Shown in pieces: positions 27,572 to 37,182 of a stretch of 64,000 nucleotides of DNA. The notes under the pieces were generated by a model, which was given only the letters and a program-made list of their open reading frames with translations, searched no databases and was not told the origin of the DNA. Numbering within the stretch: position 1 is the first letter of the stretch; every line of letters starts with the position of its first letter. Source of the stretch: a virus; the IMG/VR virus record IMGVR_UViG_3300045284_000330, positions 10,157 through 74,156 of that record; one strand, given 5' to 3'. The position numbers and the translations under genes are program-made.

Positions 27572-27829
27572 ATAGTATCATAGGCCCTTCCCGGTATCAC
27601 AGGGCGACCGGCAAGAAGTCCGCGATTTGTAGGGGTTTTCGGAGGATCGGCCGCCTTGGCGGTTTCGGTTTAGCAAACCGCCGCCTTCAGCCACTCGGCC
27701 ACGTCTCCACGCGGTGAAAAGTCTTATAAAATCATGGCTTAGTGGTCAAGTCCGTTGTTCTCCCCCGGGCGCAAAAAACGCATGAAACGCGAACAAAACG
27801 GTCTGCCGGTATCATAAAAAGTATCATAG
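27559..27829. mobile_element. attP: arm-type repeats flanking a tRNA-Ser 5'-half core
   Basis: GCCGGTATCATAAAWAGTATCATAG at 27559-27583 and 27805-27829, extra GGTATCACA at 27593-27601; core 27666-27708. Confidence 0.85.
27666..27708 (-). tRNA. Partial tRNA-Ser(GCT), 5' half only (att core)
   Basis: GGAGACGTGGCCGAGTGGCTGAAGGCGGCGGTTTGCTAAACCG: acceptor 5' strand, D arm and anticodon arm; no T arm follows. Confidence 0.8.
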
Positions 27830-27948
27830 CGGACCGGCGCGCTGGCACAGGCCGTTCGCGAGACGTTCCACTCGCCCCCTCGGGCGCCTCGATCAGGCTC
27901 ACCATGCCCAGACTGGTAAAGCTCGTCTTGATCCGCCATATTCGGCTC

Positions 27949-28182
27949 ATGGCCGAGCCTGACCTGACCTTCATCGCCAAGCAGCTCGAACGCGTGCTCG
28001 CCGAACTGGCCGGCATGCGCGACGAGATGCTCGTCCTGGGTGCGAGGATGGGATACGTCGAGCGATCGTTTGAACGCGTCGAAGCAGCCATGACGGTGCT
28101 GACGCTGGAAGTGCGAGCCAATCGCAATCAGCTTGCTCGCATGGACGATCGGCTTCGCAATCTCGAAGACGCCGCACCATGA
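27949..28182 (+). CDS. Small coiled-coil protein, paralog of 7012-7239
   Basis: MAEPDLTFIAKQLERVLAEL...DRLRNLED; operator at 27916-27932. Confidence 0.65.
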   Translation: MAEPDLTFIAKQLERVLAELAGMRDEMLVLGARMGYVERSFERVEAAMTVLTLEVRANRNQLARMDDRLRNLEDAAP

Positions 28183-28301
28183 CCGACAAGGAAAATCGTT
28201 TGGCGGCGATTGAATCCCGACTGACCTTGCTCACCTGGATGACCGGCACGAACACCGCCGGCATTCTGCTTCTGCTTGGCCTCGCCTTGCGCCATGGCTG
28301 A
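28179..28301 (+). CDS. 40-aa coiled-coil/TM peptide
   Basis: ENRLAAIESRLTLLTWMTGTNTAGILLLLGL; ATGA coupling. Confidence 0.5.
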   Translation: MTDKENRLAAIESRLTLLTWMTGTNTAGILLLLGLALRHG

Positions 28302-28392
28302 CCCGCCGCCATGGGTGCCGATCTTGATCGGCATGGTGATCGGCGCGGCGCTGTTCGCGGCGGGCGCGGCGTTCGTCAAGATTTTCGGATGA
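28294..28392 (+). CDS. 32-aa TM peptide
   Basis: PWVPILIGMVIGAALFAAGAAFVKIFG, resembles the tail of 6717-6947. Confidence 0.45.
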   Translation: MADPPPWVPILIGMVIGAALFAAGAAFVKIFG

Positions 28393-28561
28393 GGCGGCCA
28401 CGGCCATGACCGACGAAAGTTTCCACGCCGTCCTGAGGCTTGAAACCGACGCCAACGTGCTCGGCGCCATCAAGGCGATCCGCGAACGTGGAACACGCGA
28501 TGTCAATCTATTGGCGCTCTGCGACACTGCGGAACGCCAGATCATGGAAGGCGCAAGCCAG

Positions 28562-28804
28562 ATGACCGAGCACACCGACGACGGCCCCGATAATCTCATC
28601 CTGCGCCGTTTGCGCGAGATCGATCGCAAGCAGGATGTGCTGCTCGATCGGCTGGATAATCTCACCACCAGGGTGTCCGCCCTGGAGGGCGTCATAGGAC
28701 TGTTGGTCACGCAGATGGCGACGTTGAATGCCCGGGTCGACAATTTCGATCGCCGATTGGAGCGGATTGAACGACGGTTGAACTTGGTGGAGGCGCCAGC
28801 ATGA
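28562..28804 (+). CDS. Small coiled-coil protein
   Basis: PDNLILRRLREIDRKQD...RLERIERRLNLVEA. Confidence 0.65.
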   Translation: MTEHTDDGPDNLILRRLREIDRKQDVLLDRLDNLTTRVSALEGVIGLLVTQMATLNARVDNFDRRLERIERRLNLVEAPA

Positions 28805-29739
28805 GCCAGGGCGCGGTCAGTCCTTCGTCGCCCGGAAGAGCAATTGAACCGCACTCAGCAACAGCACGATGATCGGAATTCCGCAGCGGGCCTCGACCCC
28901 CAACACCTGCAGGATCACCGCCATCGCCAGCGCAAAGCTGGCATAGGCCACGCCAAGCCGCGTCAGCCGTCCCATCTTTTGCGCTCGCGCCATCGCAGCA
29001 CCCATTCGAGCAGCAGCACCGCGGGATCGTAGCGCGGCGGGATCGCCAGCATGGCCGCGGCGAGGATCATGAGCACCCAGGCGAGGGTCATCAAAACCTC
29101 CGTGGGGCGTCTTCGCTCTTTAGAAAAACCTCGACGTGAAGATTGGCGAAGTTCCGACTATCGACCCGGACGCTCTCGATTTCCCGCCCGGACTCTTCTT
29201 CGAAGTCCAGCAGCAGGGTGCGAATAGCGTGTTCCAGTTCGTCGACGGTCACTGCTTGGTCTCCCCCTCGGCCTCCCGGCGCACCCGCGCGAGGATCATC
29301 GCCTCGTTGACGGGGATCAGCGCCCGCACGCAGCGCAGCCACCGGGCGATCACCTGATCGCGCACCTCGTCGACCTGGGGGTGCGGTCCTTGGTGGCCGG
29401 CGAGGAACATCGCGAACAGATCGGCGAGCACCGCGGACTGAACGTCGGGGCCGTGGCCGTGCAGCATCGGCGCGATCTCGTTGACGAGCTGCTGCACGAG
29501 CTTGACGGCTTTGTTGGAGGCGCTCATAGCTTTGCCTCGATCGCTGCCATGATCATGGCTTCCAGCTCGACCCGCGCAGCTTTTGCTTCGGCCCACGCGA
29601 TTTCGCATGCCCTCAACTTGGCCGGCGCCCACTCCTCGGCCATTTCCGCCATGGTGTCTTTACGGACAGCTTTGCGCAGCGCGTCGTCAAACTTGTTCAA
29701 TGCCAGCATAATCTCTGCGGCGCTCATGGCCGGCCCTCG

Positions 29740-29997
29740 TCAATCCTTCAGCCGCGGATCGATGTTCACATCGGTTTCCGGCCCGATAAACTTCGCGACT
29801 TCGCGCCCCATTTCGCGCTCATCGGTGCCAGCGAAGATGACGAATTCGATGTCCCCGCCTAGGTGCATGGTCTCGCCGTTGAACTTGATCAGCGCGCCGG
29901 CCTTCAGCCGCTTTAGGTTTGCGTGCGACAACCCGAAGAAGACCAGCGTGACAGGGCGGCCGTCGTCCCGGCGCCCTTTGGCCATCATTTTCAACAT
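29740..29997 (-). CDS. Phage hypothetical protein (part of a small minus-strand operon, 28.8-30.1 kb)
   Basis: FGLSHANL.RLKAG..I; coupled small ORFs downstream; operator at 30116-30132. Confidence 0.5.
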   Translation of the reverse strand: MLKMMAKGRRDDGRPVTLVFFGLSHANLKRLKAGALIKFNGETMHLGGDIEFVIFAGTDEREMGREVAKFIGPETDVNIDPRLKD

Positions 29998-31236
29998 CGT
30001 TGCGCTCTCCCATCAAAAGTCCAGGTCGTAACCCCGGCTCAACAGGTGCGTTTACGTCGGCCGGGACGATGTAGAGCGTGCCTTTCATGGCGAGAACTTT
30101 ACAACACGCGCGCCTGTTAAGCTACGCTTGATTTCGCCACCGGATCGGTTTAGAGCGGGAAAAGCCCCAAACCCACCGGGGCGGCGAGCAAGTTGTCCTC
30201 AAGTTGTGTTGACGATAGTGCCCCTTGCGCGTCCGCCGGCCTTTCAGGGAGCAACATGACACGCATTCAGCCGCGGCTTGGCTTTGATTGGGGTCGCGTG
30301 ACCTGGGGGAGGCCTGACTCCCCACGGTCCGCGCTCTGTTCCTATTGCCATGCGGCGATCGGCATCGACGATGTGCCGTTAATTATGTGGACGCCGGACG
30401 GCAGCGCCGCGCAATTCTGCGATCGATGTCAAGTCGATTGGTGGGGCGGGATCTCCAAGGACGAGGATGACATCGAATGAAGCGCGGTGACCCTGTGCGG
30501 GTATTCGTCGACGACTGTCCCTTCGACGGCACAATCGAGTTGGCGTCGAGCAACCGGCGCTCGATCGCCGTTGAGCTTTCCGGCTGGCCGTTCGGTCCTG
30601 GCATGGCGCTCTACGCCGAGACCGAAGCCGAGGTCGCAGCCGGGCTCTACCATGATGTTTTGACTGGGCGCGCTTGCAGGATCGAACATGACGCGGACGG
30701 AAGTGCTCGCAAAAATCTCAACTGATCTCGCATGGCGCGGTCCGAACGGATCGTCGGCCCGCTATGTCGTGCTGGAACGCGACGCCGCCGAGGCATTGCT
30801 CGACCCGATCGACGAGCGCGCGCTGCTGTCTGAAATCTTTCGGCTCGTGGGGTTGCTCAACGACGCCATGCCCGAGTGCGAGCGGGCGCCGCCGCCTCAA
30901 TCCACCGGAGAGGAAAATGCCAGTAGTTCTGCGCCTATGGGCGCCGCCGGGCGAGGATAGCGCCAGCGCCGAATTCGGCCACATGGAAAAGACGGTCGCC
31001 GGCATTGCCGCCGGCCGCAAGCCCGTGCTGCTCGAATATGTCCAGAGCTGCGATGTCGATGCCTACCGCGGCCATGGGGACGCGAAGTTCACCAGCGACG
31101 TGGCAAAGGCCAAGCGCTTCCCAGATGTCGAGGCGGCGGCATACTGGAAACGGCAGAGCCGCGACCGCCCCTTCCGCCCCGACGGCCAGCCGAACCGGCC
31201 GCTGACCGCATACAACGTGACATTTGAGGATGTGCC

Positions 31237-31653
31237 ATGAGCAAGCCGGTGCACAATCGTAGTGATTTGACCGGACAGATTTTCGGCAAGCTCAAAGTGC
31301 TGCGCTTTGCTGGCCCCGCGCGGCAGCGGTACGCGGCATGGGAATGTGAATGTCGATGCGGCACGATCGTCACGCGAAGTTCACAGGTGCTACGAACCGG
31401 GATTACGAGATCATGCGGCTGCCTCGGCGACGAGAACCGCTACACCGGCAAAACCGCCGATCTTACCGGGCAAGTTTTTGGCCCTCTGCGCGTCGTGCGT
31501 TTCGCTTATCCCAAGCGACCGTCGTGGGAGTGCGAATGCTCTTGCGGGACCACCGGCGTCATTGTCGCTGCTGAAAATCTGCGGGCCGGCCATACACGTT
31601 CATGCGGGTGCCTGCGGCAAGGCGGCATTCCGTCACGGCGGGTGCTCAGATGA
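31237..31653 (+). CDS. Protein with two tandem AP2/HNH-associated N-terminal domains
   Basis: Two copies of DLTGQ.FG.L.V...WECEC.CG...LR.G.TRSCGCL. Confidence 0.7.
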   Translation: MSKPVHNRSDLTGQIFGKLKVLRFAGPARQRYAAWECECRCGTIVTRSSQVLRTGITRSCGCLGDENRYTGKTADLTGQVFGPLRVVRFAYPKRPSWECECSCGTTGVIVAAENLRAGHTRSCGCLRQGGIPSRRVLR

Positions 31654-32186
31654 GAGAATGTGGCGACTGTACCCTATGCTGCAAGCTTTTGCCGATGAAG
31701 GAATTCGACAAGCCGGCGGGCGTGCGTTGCCAGCATCAACGCCATGGCATCGGCTGCAACATTTATCCGCGGCGGCCGAGGGCGTGCAAACTCTGGACCT
31801 GCCGCTGGCTCAATGGCGATAACACCGGTCTGAGGCCGGATCGCGCGCATTATGTGGTCGATATTGTTCCCGACTATGTCACCCTGGTGCCGCACGACGG
31901 CAGCGAGCCGACCAAGGTGCCGGTGCTGCAGGTCTGGGTCGATCCGAAATTCCCCGATGCGCACCGCGACAAGAAGCTGCGCGCCTATATCGAAGGCATG
32001 GCGATGCCGGCGCTGATCCGGCTCAACGCGCGCGAAGGTTTCGTGATCGCGCCGCCAAACGTGAACACCGACGGTGTCTGGTACGAAGGCGTTGGCGTTG
32101 GGGTTTCGCTGGGACGGGAGCATACGCTCGAGGAGAGGCTCGCCGCGATAGGCCCGATGAATATCACCTTGGAGCTGGGCAAATGA
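31650..32186 (+). CDS. YkgJ-like Cys-cluster protein
   Basis: CGDCTLCC...C.H...GC.IY..RP..CK.W.C.W. Confidence 0.75.
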   Translation: MRECGDCTLCCKLLPMKEFDKPAGVRCQHQRHGIGCNIYPRRPRACKLWTCRWLNGDNTGLRPDRAHYVVDIVPDYVTLVPHDGSEPTKVPVLQVWVDPKFPDAHRDKKLRAYIEGMAMPALIRLNAREGFVIAPPNVNTDGVWYEGVGVGVSLGREHTLEERLAAIGPMNITLELGK

Positions 32187-32626
32187 GGGCGCTTTTGATG
32201 ACGAACGCGGTGCGCGCCGAGATCGCGCGGGCGATCGCGGAAGCGCGCAAGACGCCGCTGCCTGCCGACCTCTTGATGGAGATCGCCAAGGGCACGCCGC
32301 AGGAAAAGGCGACGCTCGTGCTCGCCGACCGCAAGCCCGACTTTGTTCGCCCGGAATCGCAGCACGTCTTGATCGGTGTTGGCTATCGCGCGTCGATCAG
32401 TTTTGAGGAACAGCCGGCGGGGCTCGTTCGCCATCTCTCGATCTCGGTCGATGGGAAACCTGGCGCCCTCCCGAATGTGCCTGCCATCATGGCGCTCGCA
32501 GCCGAGTTCGGGCTGCCGGGCGGTCTCGAAGATTGGAAAGTCTGGATCGAGGAGTACGAGCCGGGGCAGTTTGCCGTCAACATCGTGGCGCTCGATCCCG
32601 GTCAGCCGGCGAGGACGATGCAATGA
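32183..32626 (+). CDS. Phage hypothetical protein
   Basis: SFEEQPAGL.RHLSISV; ATGA coupling. Confidence 0.55.
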   Translation: MRALLMTNAVRAEIARAIAEARKTPLPADLLMEIAKGTPQEKATLVLADRKPDFVRPESQHVLIGVGYRASISFEEQPAGLVRHLSISVDGKPGALPNVPAIMALAAEFGLPGGLEDWKVWIEEYEPGQFAVNIVALDPGQPARTMQ

Positions 32627-32931
32627 GCGGTTATTACATACTGGGCGCCGACAATCAGATTATCGCGGTCGATGCGATGACATACATGCTCAATCGAACC
32701 GTCGGCTATACGCAGATCACCAGCGAGATCCTGGTCTCGACCGTGTTCCTCGGCCTAGATCATCATTTTTCCGGCCGAGGGCCAGCGATTCTATTCGAGA
32801 CGGTGGTGTTCGGCGGCCCGCGCGACGGCGACATGTGGCGGTATTCATCACGGGACGACGCGAAAGCGGGGCACGCCGCAGCGGTGCGGAATGTGCGCGC
32901 GGCGATCGGGCAGAAAGTCGGTGAAACATGA
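32623..32931 (+). CDS. Phage hypothetical protein
   Basis: VSTVFLGLDH.F....P..FET.VFGG..DG...RYS....A..GH. Confidence 0.6.
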   Translation: MSGYYILGADNQIIAVDAMTYMLNRTVGYTQITSEILVSTVFLGLDHHFSGRGPAILFETVVFGGPRDGDMWRYSSRDDAKAGHAAAVRNVRAAIGQKVGET

Positions 32932-32952
32932 GCGACGATCATCCCGGCTATT

Positions 32953-33609
32953 TCACGTAGCCGACGAGGAGCCCGCGCGCATAAGAAGCGCGAGCTGGCG
33001 GCCGAATGGTTCCCTTCGATCAATTATCTCGAACCGCTTCGCGATCTCCGCCTCGAATTCCTCACGCGGATAGCCGGGATGGCCGAGGAAAGGCTCGTAA
33101 AAATCCGTTGCGATAGCGAAGCGCGCTCCCGGACTCCCGTAGGCCAGCATGTTGTTCAACACGTCGCGCCAACCAACCAAATGATCCAACGCATTCCAGC
33201 AAATCACGGTATCGGCACGCAGGTTTGGAATGAACTCCTCCGCCGGCTGCGCATAGGCTGTGACGCCCGACCACCACTCCGGCGGAACGAGCCGCTGGTA
33301 TTCGTCCGCGAGCGGGTCGATGACGGCGCAAGGCGCGAACGGGGGGCGCGGGCCGCAGCCGATGTCGAGCACGGCTCCCTGCGGATCAATGAACTCCTTG
33401 ACTTCGTTCCATTGTGATGTGAACCCGGGGTCATCGAGATGCCCAAGGGGCAAGTGCTCGCGCCACCAGTTGAGTTCGAAGGGCTGATGAAGGTCGCGCC
33501 AAGCGTGCCAGGTCCGGAGGTTTTCGCCGTTCTTTCGCTCTTCTGCCAGCCTGGCGATAGCGCCGATGTCCATCTCATACTCCACGGCAGGCGAAAGCGT
33601 CCTTCGCAT
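32953..33609 (-). CDS. Class I SAM-dependent methyltransferase
   Basis: VLDIGCGP, IDPL, ICWNALDH. Confidence 0.75.
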   Translation of the reverse strand: MRRTLSPAVEYEMDIGAIARLAEERKNGENLRTWHAWRDLHQPFELNWWREHLPLGHLDDPGFTSQWNEVKEFIDPQGAVLDIGCGPRPPFAPCAVIDPLADEYQRLVPPEWWSGVTAYAQPAEEFIPNLRADTVICWNALDHLVGWRDVLNNMLAYGSPGARFAIATDFYEPFLGHPGYPREEFEAEIAKRFEIIDRREPFGRQLALLMRAGSSSAT

Positions 33610-35038
33610 ACTTTCCGGCAGGCGAGAACGAACAGCGGCAGTTCGAGTGCGCGGGGATCAGGCCCTCGGCCTCGTCGAGGGTGTACGGCCCGTCAGCCGC
33701 GATGTCCAAGCATTCATCACAAACGTCATCGTCCTCCTGCGTGACGACCTCGATCAGGTTGCCGCCCAGCGTGCTTTCGAGCCGCTTCTCTGCCGCCTCG
33801 ACCCGCGCGATTGTCTCCTGGGACGGCGTCTCCTTCCGGCTGACTTGCGCTGTGGGGCCTGGCTGCATCCGCTCCGCCGGCCGCGTCATCGCTGCATACT
33901 GGCGGTAGAGATCCTCGCGCTTGTACTGCTGCGCGGCCCGCAGCGCCTCGCCCTCGGCCTGCCGTCGCGCCACATATTCAGCGGTGCCACGCTTTAGCCC
34001 CTGGGCAAACTCAGACTCGGCCCGGACCAATCGTTCGCTCTCTTGCTGCAGTTCGTGCTCGATCTGGCGATACGCCTTCTCGCGGCCCTGCCGCTTGGAC
34101 AGCGTGGCGAACCGCTCCCGCCAGCCCTTCTGTGCCTGGGAGATCAGCGCTTGCAACGGCACCCGGACAGCCGATGCGCCCGCAACTTCCTCGGCCTCAC
34201 CTTCCATCGCGCCGACTATTCCCAGACTGCGCCACGACGCCAGTTCCTCGGGTGTCGCCTGCCTGGTGCCGCTGCGCCATTGCCTGATCCGCCGCGCCTC
34301 TGGATAGCCAACCAGGGATTCGATCTCGTTCTGGGTCATATCGCCGATCGGTATCGCATCGGCCAGCCGACGCCGCCGCACGCGCTCCGGAATGGTCCCA
34401 ACTTGCGTCACGCCGGCGCTGCGGAATGCGCTCAGCGTCGACGTCGCGTGCGTCCTGGCGATCACATACTCGGCCATCGCCCGGGTGCGATGACGCATCG
34501 CCCGGATCACGCCGGCCAGGGCGTTCGCCATTTTGGTCGGCGAGTGGCTCGCCATCATCGCCTGCGTGGCCAGCCGAACGAGTTGCTGCTGTGCCGCGGC
34601 CACGATGCCGCGCAATTCGCTTGTCGCGAGGCTCTCCATGGCGGCGATCCGCGCCGGGTCGACCCGGCCGCCGGGGACGAGCCCATCGGCGCGTTGCTGG
34701 GCTCGCTGGGCGGCCTTTCGAACGTGGGGTCTCAGCCATACCCCACCGGCGAAAACCTTCTGGGCGAGCTCGCCTTCCAGCCATGCGGCAAACCCCTCCC
34801 CTTTGTCGGCATGCGGGAGCCGCCCGATGCCACGCAGGCCAACGAGGTCGTGCTCGATCAGTGCTTGTCGGAGAGTGCGGCCGAATGTCTGCCAGCGTCG
34901 ATCGCCCTCGGCCTTCATCCGTATACGGAGGCCGGACGTGCCCGTGGGATCACGGCGCCCGGCCTGTGCATCCGCGACCGCCGACCGGGGACTGGGGGGG
35001 GGTGGTCGGTGACCGCAAAGGGAATGTTCCGCATACAT
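33575..35038 (-). CDS. Head morphogenesis (Mu gpF / SPP1 gp7-like) protein
   Basis: DPTGT..LR; C-terminal DDDVCDEC...GPYTL.EA.GLIPAHSNCRC; follows the portal gene. Confidence 0.75.
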   Translation of the reverse strand: MYAEHSLCGHRPPPPSPRSAVADAQAGRRDPTGTSGLRIRMKAEGDRRWQTFGRTLRQALIEHDLVGLRGIGRLPHADKGEGFAAWLEGELAQKVFAGGVWLRPHVRKAAQRAQQRADGLVPGGRVDPARIAAMESLATSELRGIVAAAQQQLVRLATQAMMASHSPTKMANALAGVIRAMRHRTRAMAEYVIARTHATSTLSAFRSAGVTQVGTIPERVRRRRLADAIPIGDMTQNEIESLVGYPEARRIRQWRSGTRQATPEELASWRSLGIVGAMEGEAEEVAGASAVRVPLQALISQAQKGWRERFATLSKRQGREKAYRQIEHELQQESERLVRAESEFAQGLKRGTAEYVARRQAEGEALRAAQQYKREDLYRQYAAMTRPAERMQPGPTAQVSRKETPSQETIARVEAAEKRLESTLGGNLIEVVTQEDDDVCDECLDIAADGPYTLDEAEGLIPAHSNCRCSFSPAGKYAKDAFACRGV

Positions 35039-35081
35039 TGGGGTGCCTCGGGCCAGCCGTCAACCGCGGTCGCGCTCGGCG

Positions 35082-35303
35082 TCAGGTCCGCGGGGTGCCA
35101 TCAGGAAGCCTGGTGAGGGCGACATTGACCCACATGGCGTTGGCACGGTGCGCCCGCAGGATGAATGTTTTGTCCGGGCCTTCCGGCAGGAGCCGGTCGA
35201 GCGCGTCTGCGTATACCTTAGCCGCCGTCCGCAGTTCGGCCATCGTGGCGATTTGTGCATCCGTAGGTTTCAGATATTCAAACGTCGATTCGTGCAGGCT
35301 CAT
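35082..35303 (-). CDS. Acb2/Tad1-like helical-hairpin protein (candidate nucleotide sponge)
   Basis: FEYLKPT..Q...M..LR..AK.....L...P.GPDKT...R.....MW.N.A.TR. Confidence 0.55.
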   Translation of the reverse strand: MSLHESTFEYLKPTDAQIATMAELRTAAKVYADALDRLLPEGPDKTFILRAHRANAMWVNVALTRLPDGTPRT

Positions 35304-35315
35304 GCTGGCCTCCTG

Positions 35316-35612
35316 TCAACCGCGGTCGCGCTCGGCGATCGCCCACGCATTCAAAATCGCTGCCATCTCGTGGGCGGTCTGCGGCGGCTTGTAGCCCTCA
35401 TGGCTGACAATCTCGGTCGCCAGCTTCATCGCGTCGTGGAACGTCAATGCCGTCATGGCTCTGGCGACGCCCTGCAGCGGCGCATCAGCCCGCCGCGACG
35501 TGTAGCCTGGATAACCGACGGCACCCACCTGGCCCAGGCCGCGCGGTGGCCCATTGATGGGCGTGCTGGCGGGAACTGGAATGTCGAAATCAGAATCAGA
35601 ATCATAGCTCAT
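35316..35612 (-). CDS. Hypothetical protein
   Basis: ORF between the portal and the Acb2-like gene. Confidence 0.4.
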   Translation of the reverse strand: MSYDSDSDFDIPVPASTPINGPPRGLGQVGAVGYPGYTSRRADAPLQGVARAMTALTFHDAMKLATEIVSHEGYKPPQTAHEMAAILNAWAIAERDRG

Positions 35613-35628
35613 CACGGGCTCCATTCGG

Positions 35629-37182
35629 TTAACCGGTGGCCCCCATTTCCTCGGGATTAGGACTGGGCGGCTCTTGCTTGTCATCCGGCGCCGGCGCCCC
35701 GCCGAATCCAATTGGCGCCGCTGGCATCTCCGGCTCCTCGGGCTCGGCGCCGTATTCGGCGATTGCAGTATCCAGACCAGGATAGGTGGCGTCTTCGACC
35801 AGCTGATTGACGACGCCCTCACGGAACGCGTCCTCGTTGATGAGGCCGATCGTCGAATAAATCTGCGTGGCCTGCGCCTTCTGGTACGCGATCGCCGCCT
35901 TCTCCGCCTCGCCCATCTGCCAAAGCGCATTCCATTCATAATGGATGTCGGGGTCTGGCCGCCCGAACGCAGACCGCATCATCACCTGATCGAGCATCCC
36001 GAGTTTGGGCGCGACCTCGTTCTTCTGCATGTCGACGCAGGCGTCGTAGTAATTCCGCAGATCGTCCGGACCGCCCGCGGTGCTCCCGCCCTGCATCCCT
36101 CGCCCTTGGGCCTGGCCGAACAGGCGGCTCACCGGCATGTCCGCCGCGGCGGCGACGATGGTTGTGAATTCGTGCAGGATCATCGGCAGGCCACTGTAGT
36201 TCGTCTGTACCCGTTGCCATTCCTCCTCCTTGTCGAGGAGCAGCGCGCTGATGACGCTCTTGGTCTGCGCCGACAAGGTGAACCGCTCCAGCAGCTTGTT
36301 TTTGTAGCCGGGCGAGGTCAGGTTAAGCGCCATCTCCGGGATTTTAACGACGTCCAACTTGCCGTCATTCACGATTGCCGCAATCGACTGCAGGCTGCTC
36401 GTGAATCCCATCATCGTATCGACGACGGTCTGCAGAACGCTGTCGCCCCAGCCGCCTCCCATTGGGGCCAGCCGCCAATCTGGCAGTTCATTGCCTGCGT
36501 ATTCGAGCACGCGGCTCGGATGAATCTGCGTCATGCCGATGCCGATGGTCGGGATCGTCTGCAGCTGCTGCCCCTGCTGTCGTCCAAACGGGATAACGTT
36601 GCGGAACCCTCCCGCCTTCGGTGCCGCCGGCGGCGCAGGCGCAGGCGCCGTGGCGCCTGCCTCGCCCTCGAAGCCGAACATCGGCGTCGCCACCGTGTAA
36701 TAGGCAGGCCGCGTGTAATAAGGGTCCATCACGTTGTAGATCCGCGGGCCCGCGTTCAGCTCATAGCGATTGAGCACCACAACGTATTTGAGGCAGCCCC
36801 GCCCGCACTTCTCCAGATTGAGCGGCTGACTCGGGTCATTGCCGTCATCCACGCCGACGATCAGCGCGGCTCCGCCATAAAGCCGCGCCCGGGTGATCCA
36901 CTGCTTCACCTTGCGCTGCAGGTCCATCGTCTTTTCGATGGTCTCCAGCGCCTCGATCTGACTTTGCGACGCTTGCCACGCACGCCACTCGCGCGTCACA
37001 TCCTCGGCCGGAGCATCGCAAATTTTTCGCGCCAGCCAGTCTCCGCGATACATATTCTCAAGCTGATTGCGATCGAGCAGAGTGAAGTCGTATTGAACGC
37101 TCCGGCTCGGATCGAGCCCAGGCGTGCCGAGGCCCGTCACGAAATTTTTCAGCGTGTCGCGGACAGTTGTGTAGTAGCTCAT
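35629..37182 (-). CDS. Portal protein (DUF1073 family)
   Basis: MYRGDWLARKICD.PAED.TR.W, ARLYGGA, GWGDSVLQ, DMPVSRLFGQ, DLRNYYD. Confidence 0.9.
   Translation of the reverse strand: MSYYTTVRDTLKNFVTGLGTPGLDPSRSVQYDFTLLDRNQLENMYRGDWLARKICDAPAEDVTREWRAWQASQSQIEALETIEKTMDLQRKVKQWITRARLYGGAALIVGVDDGNDPSQPLNLEKCGRGCLKYVVVLNRYELNAGPRIYNVMDPYYTRPAYYTVATPMFGFEGEAGATAPAPAPPAAPKAGGFRNVIPFGRQQGQQLQTIPTIGIGMTQIHPSRVLEYAGNELPDWRLAPMGGGWGDSVLQTVVDTMMGFTSSLQSIAAIVNDGKLDVVKIPEMALNLTSPGYKNKLLERFTLSAQTKSVISALLLDKEEEWQRVQTNYSGLPMILHEFTTIVAAAADMPVSRLFGQAQGRGMQGGSTAGGPDDLRNYYDACVDMQKNEVAPKLGMLDQVMMRSAFGRPDPDIHYEWNALWQMGEAEKAAIAYQKAQATQIYSTIGLINEDAFREGVVNQLVEDATYPGLDTAIAEYGAEPEEPEMPAAPIGFGGAPAPDDKQEPPSPNPEEMGATG

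Noticed and set aside
27620-27708. Complete tRNA-Ser gene
   Set aside because: Similarity stops after the anticodon stem; no variable arm, T-loop or acceptor 3' strand
35629-37182. Anti-CBASS Acb1 label sometimes attached to DUF1073 proteins
   Set aside because: Size, motifs and position before the gpF-like gene fit a portal; no 2H phosphoesterase HxT pair recognised
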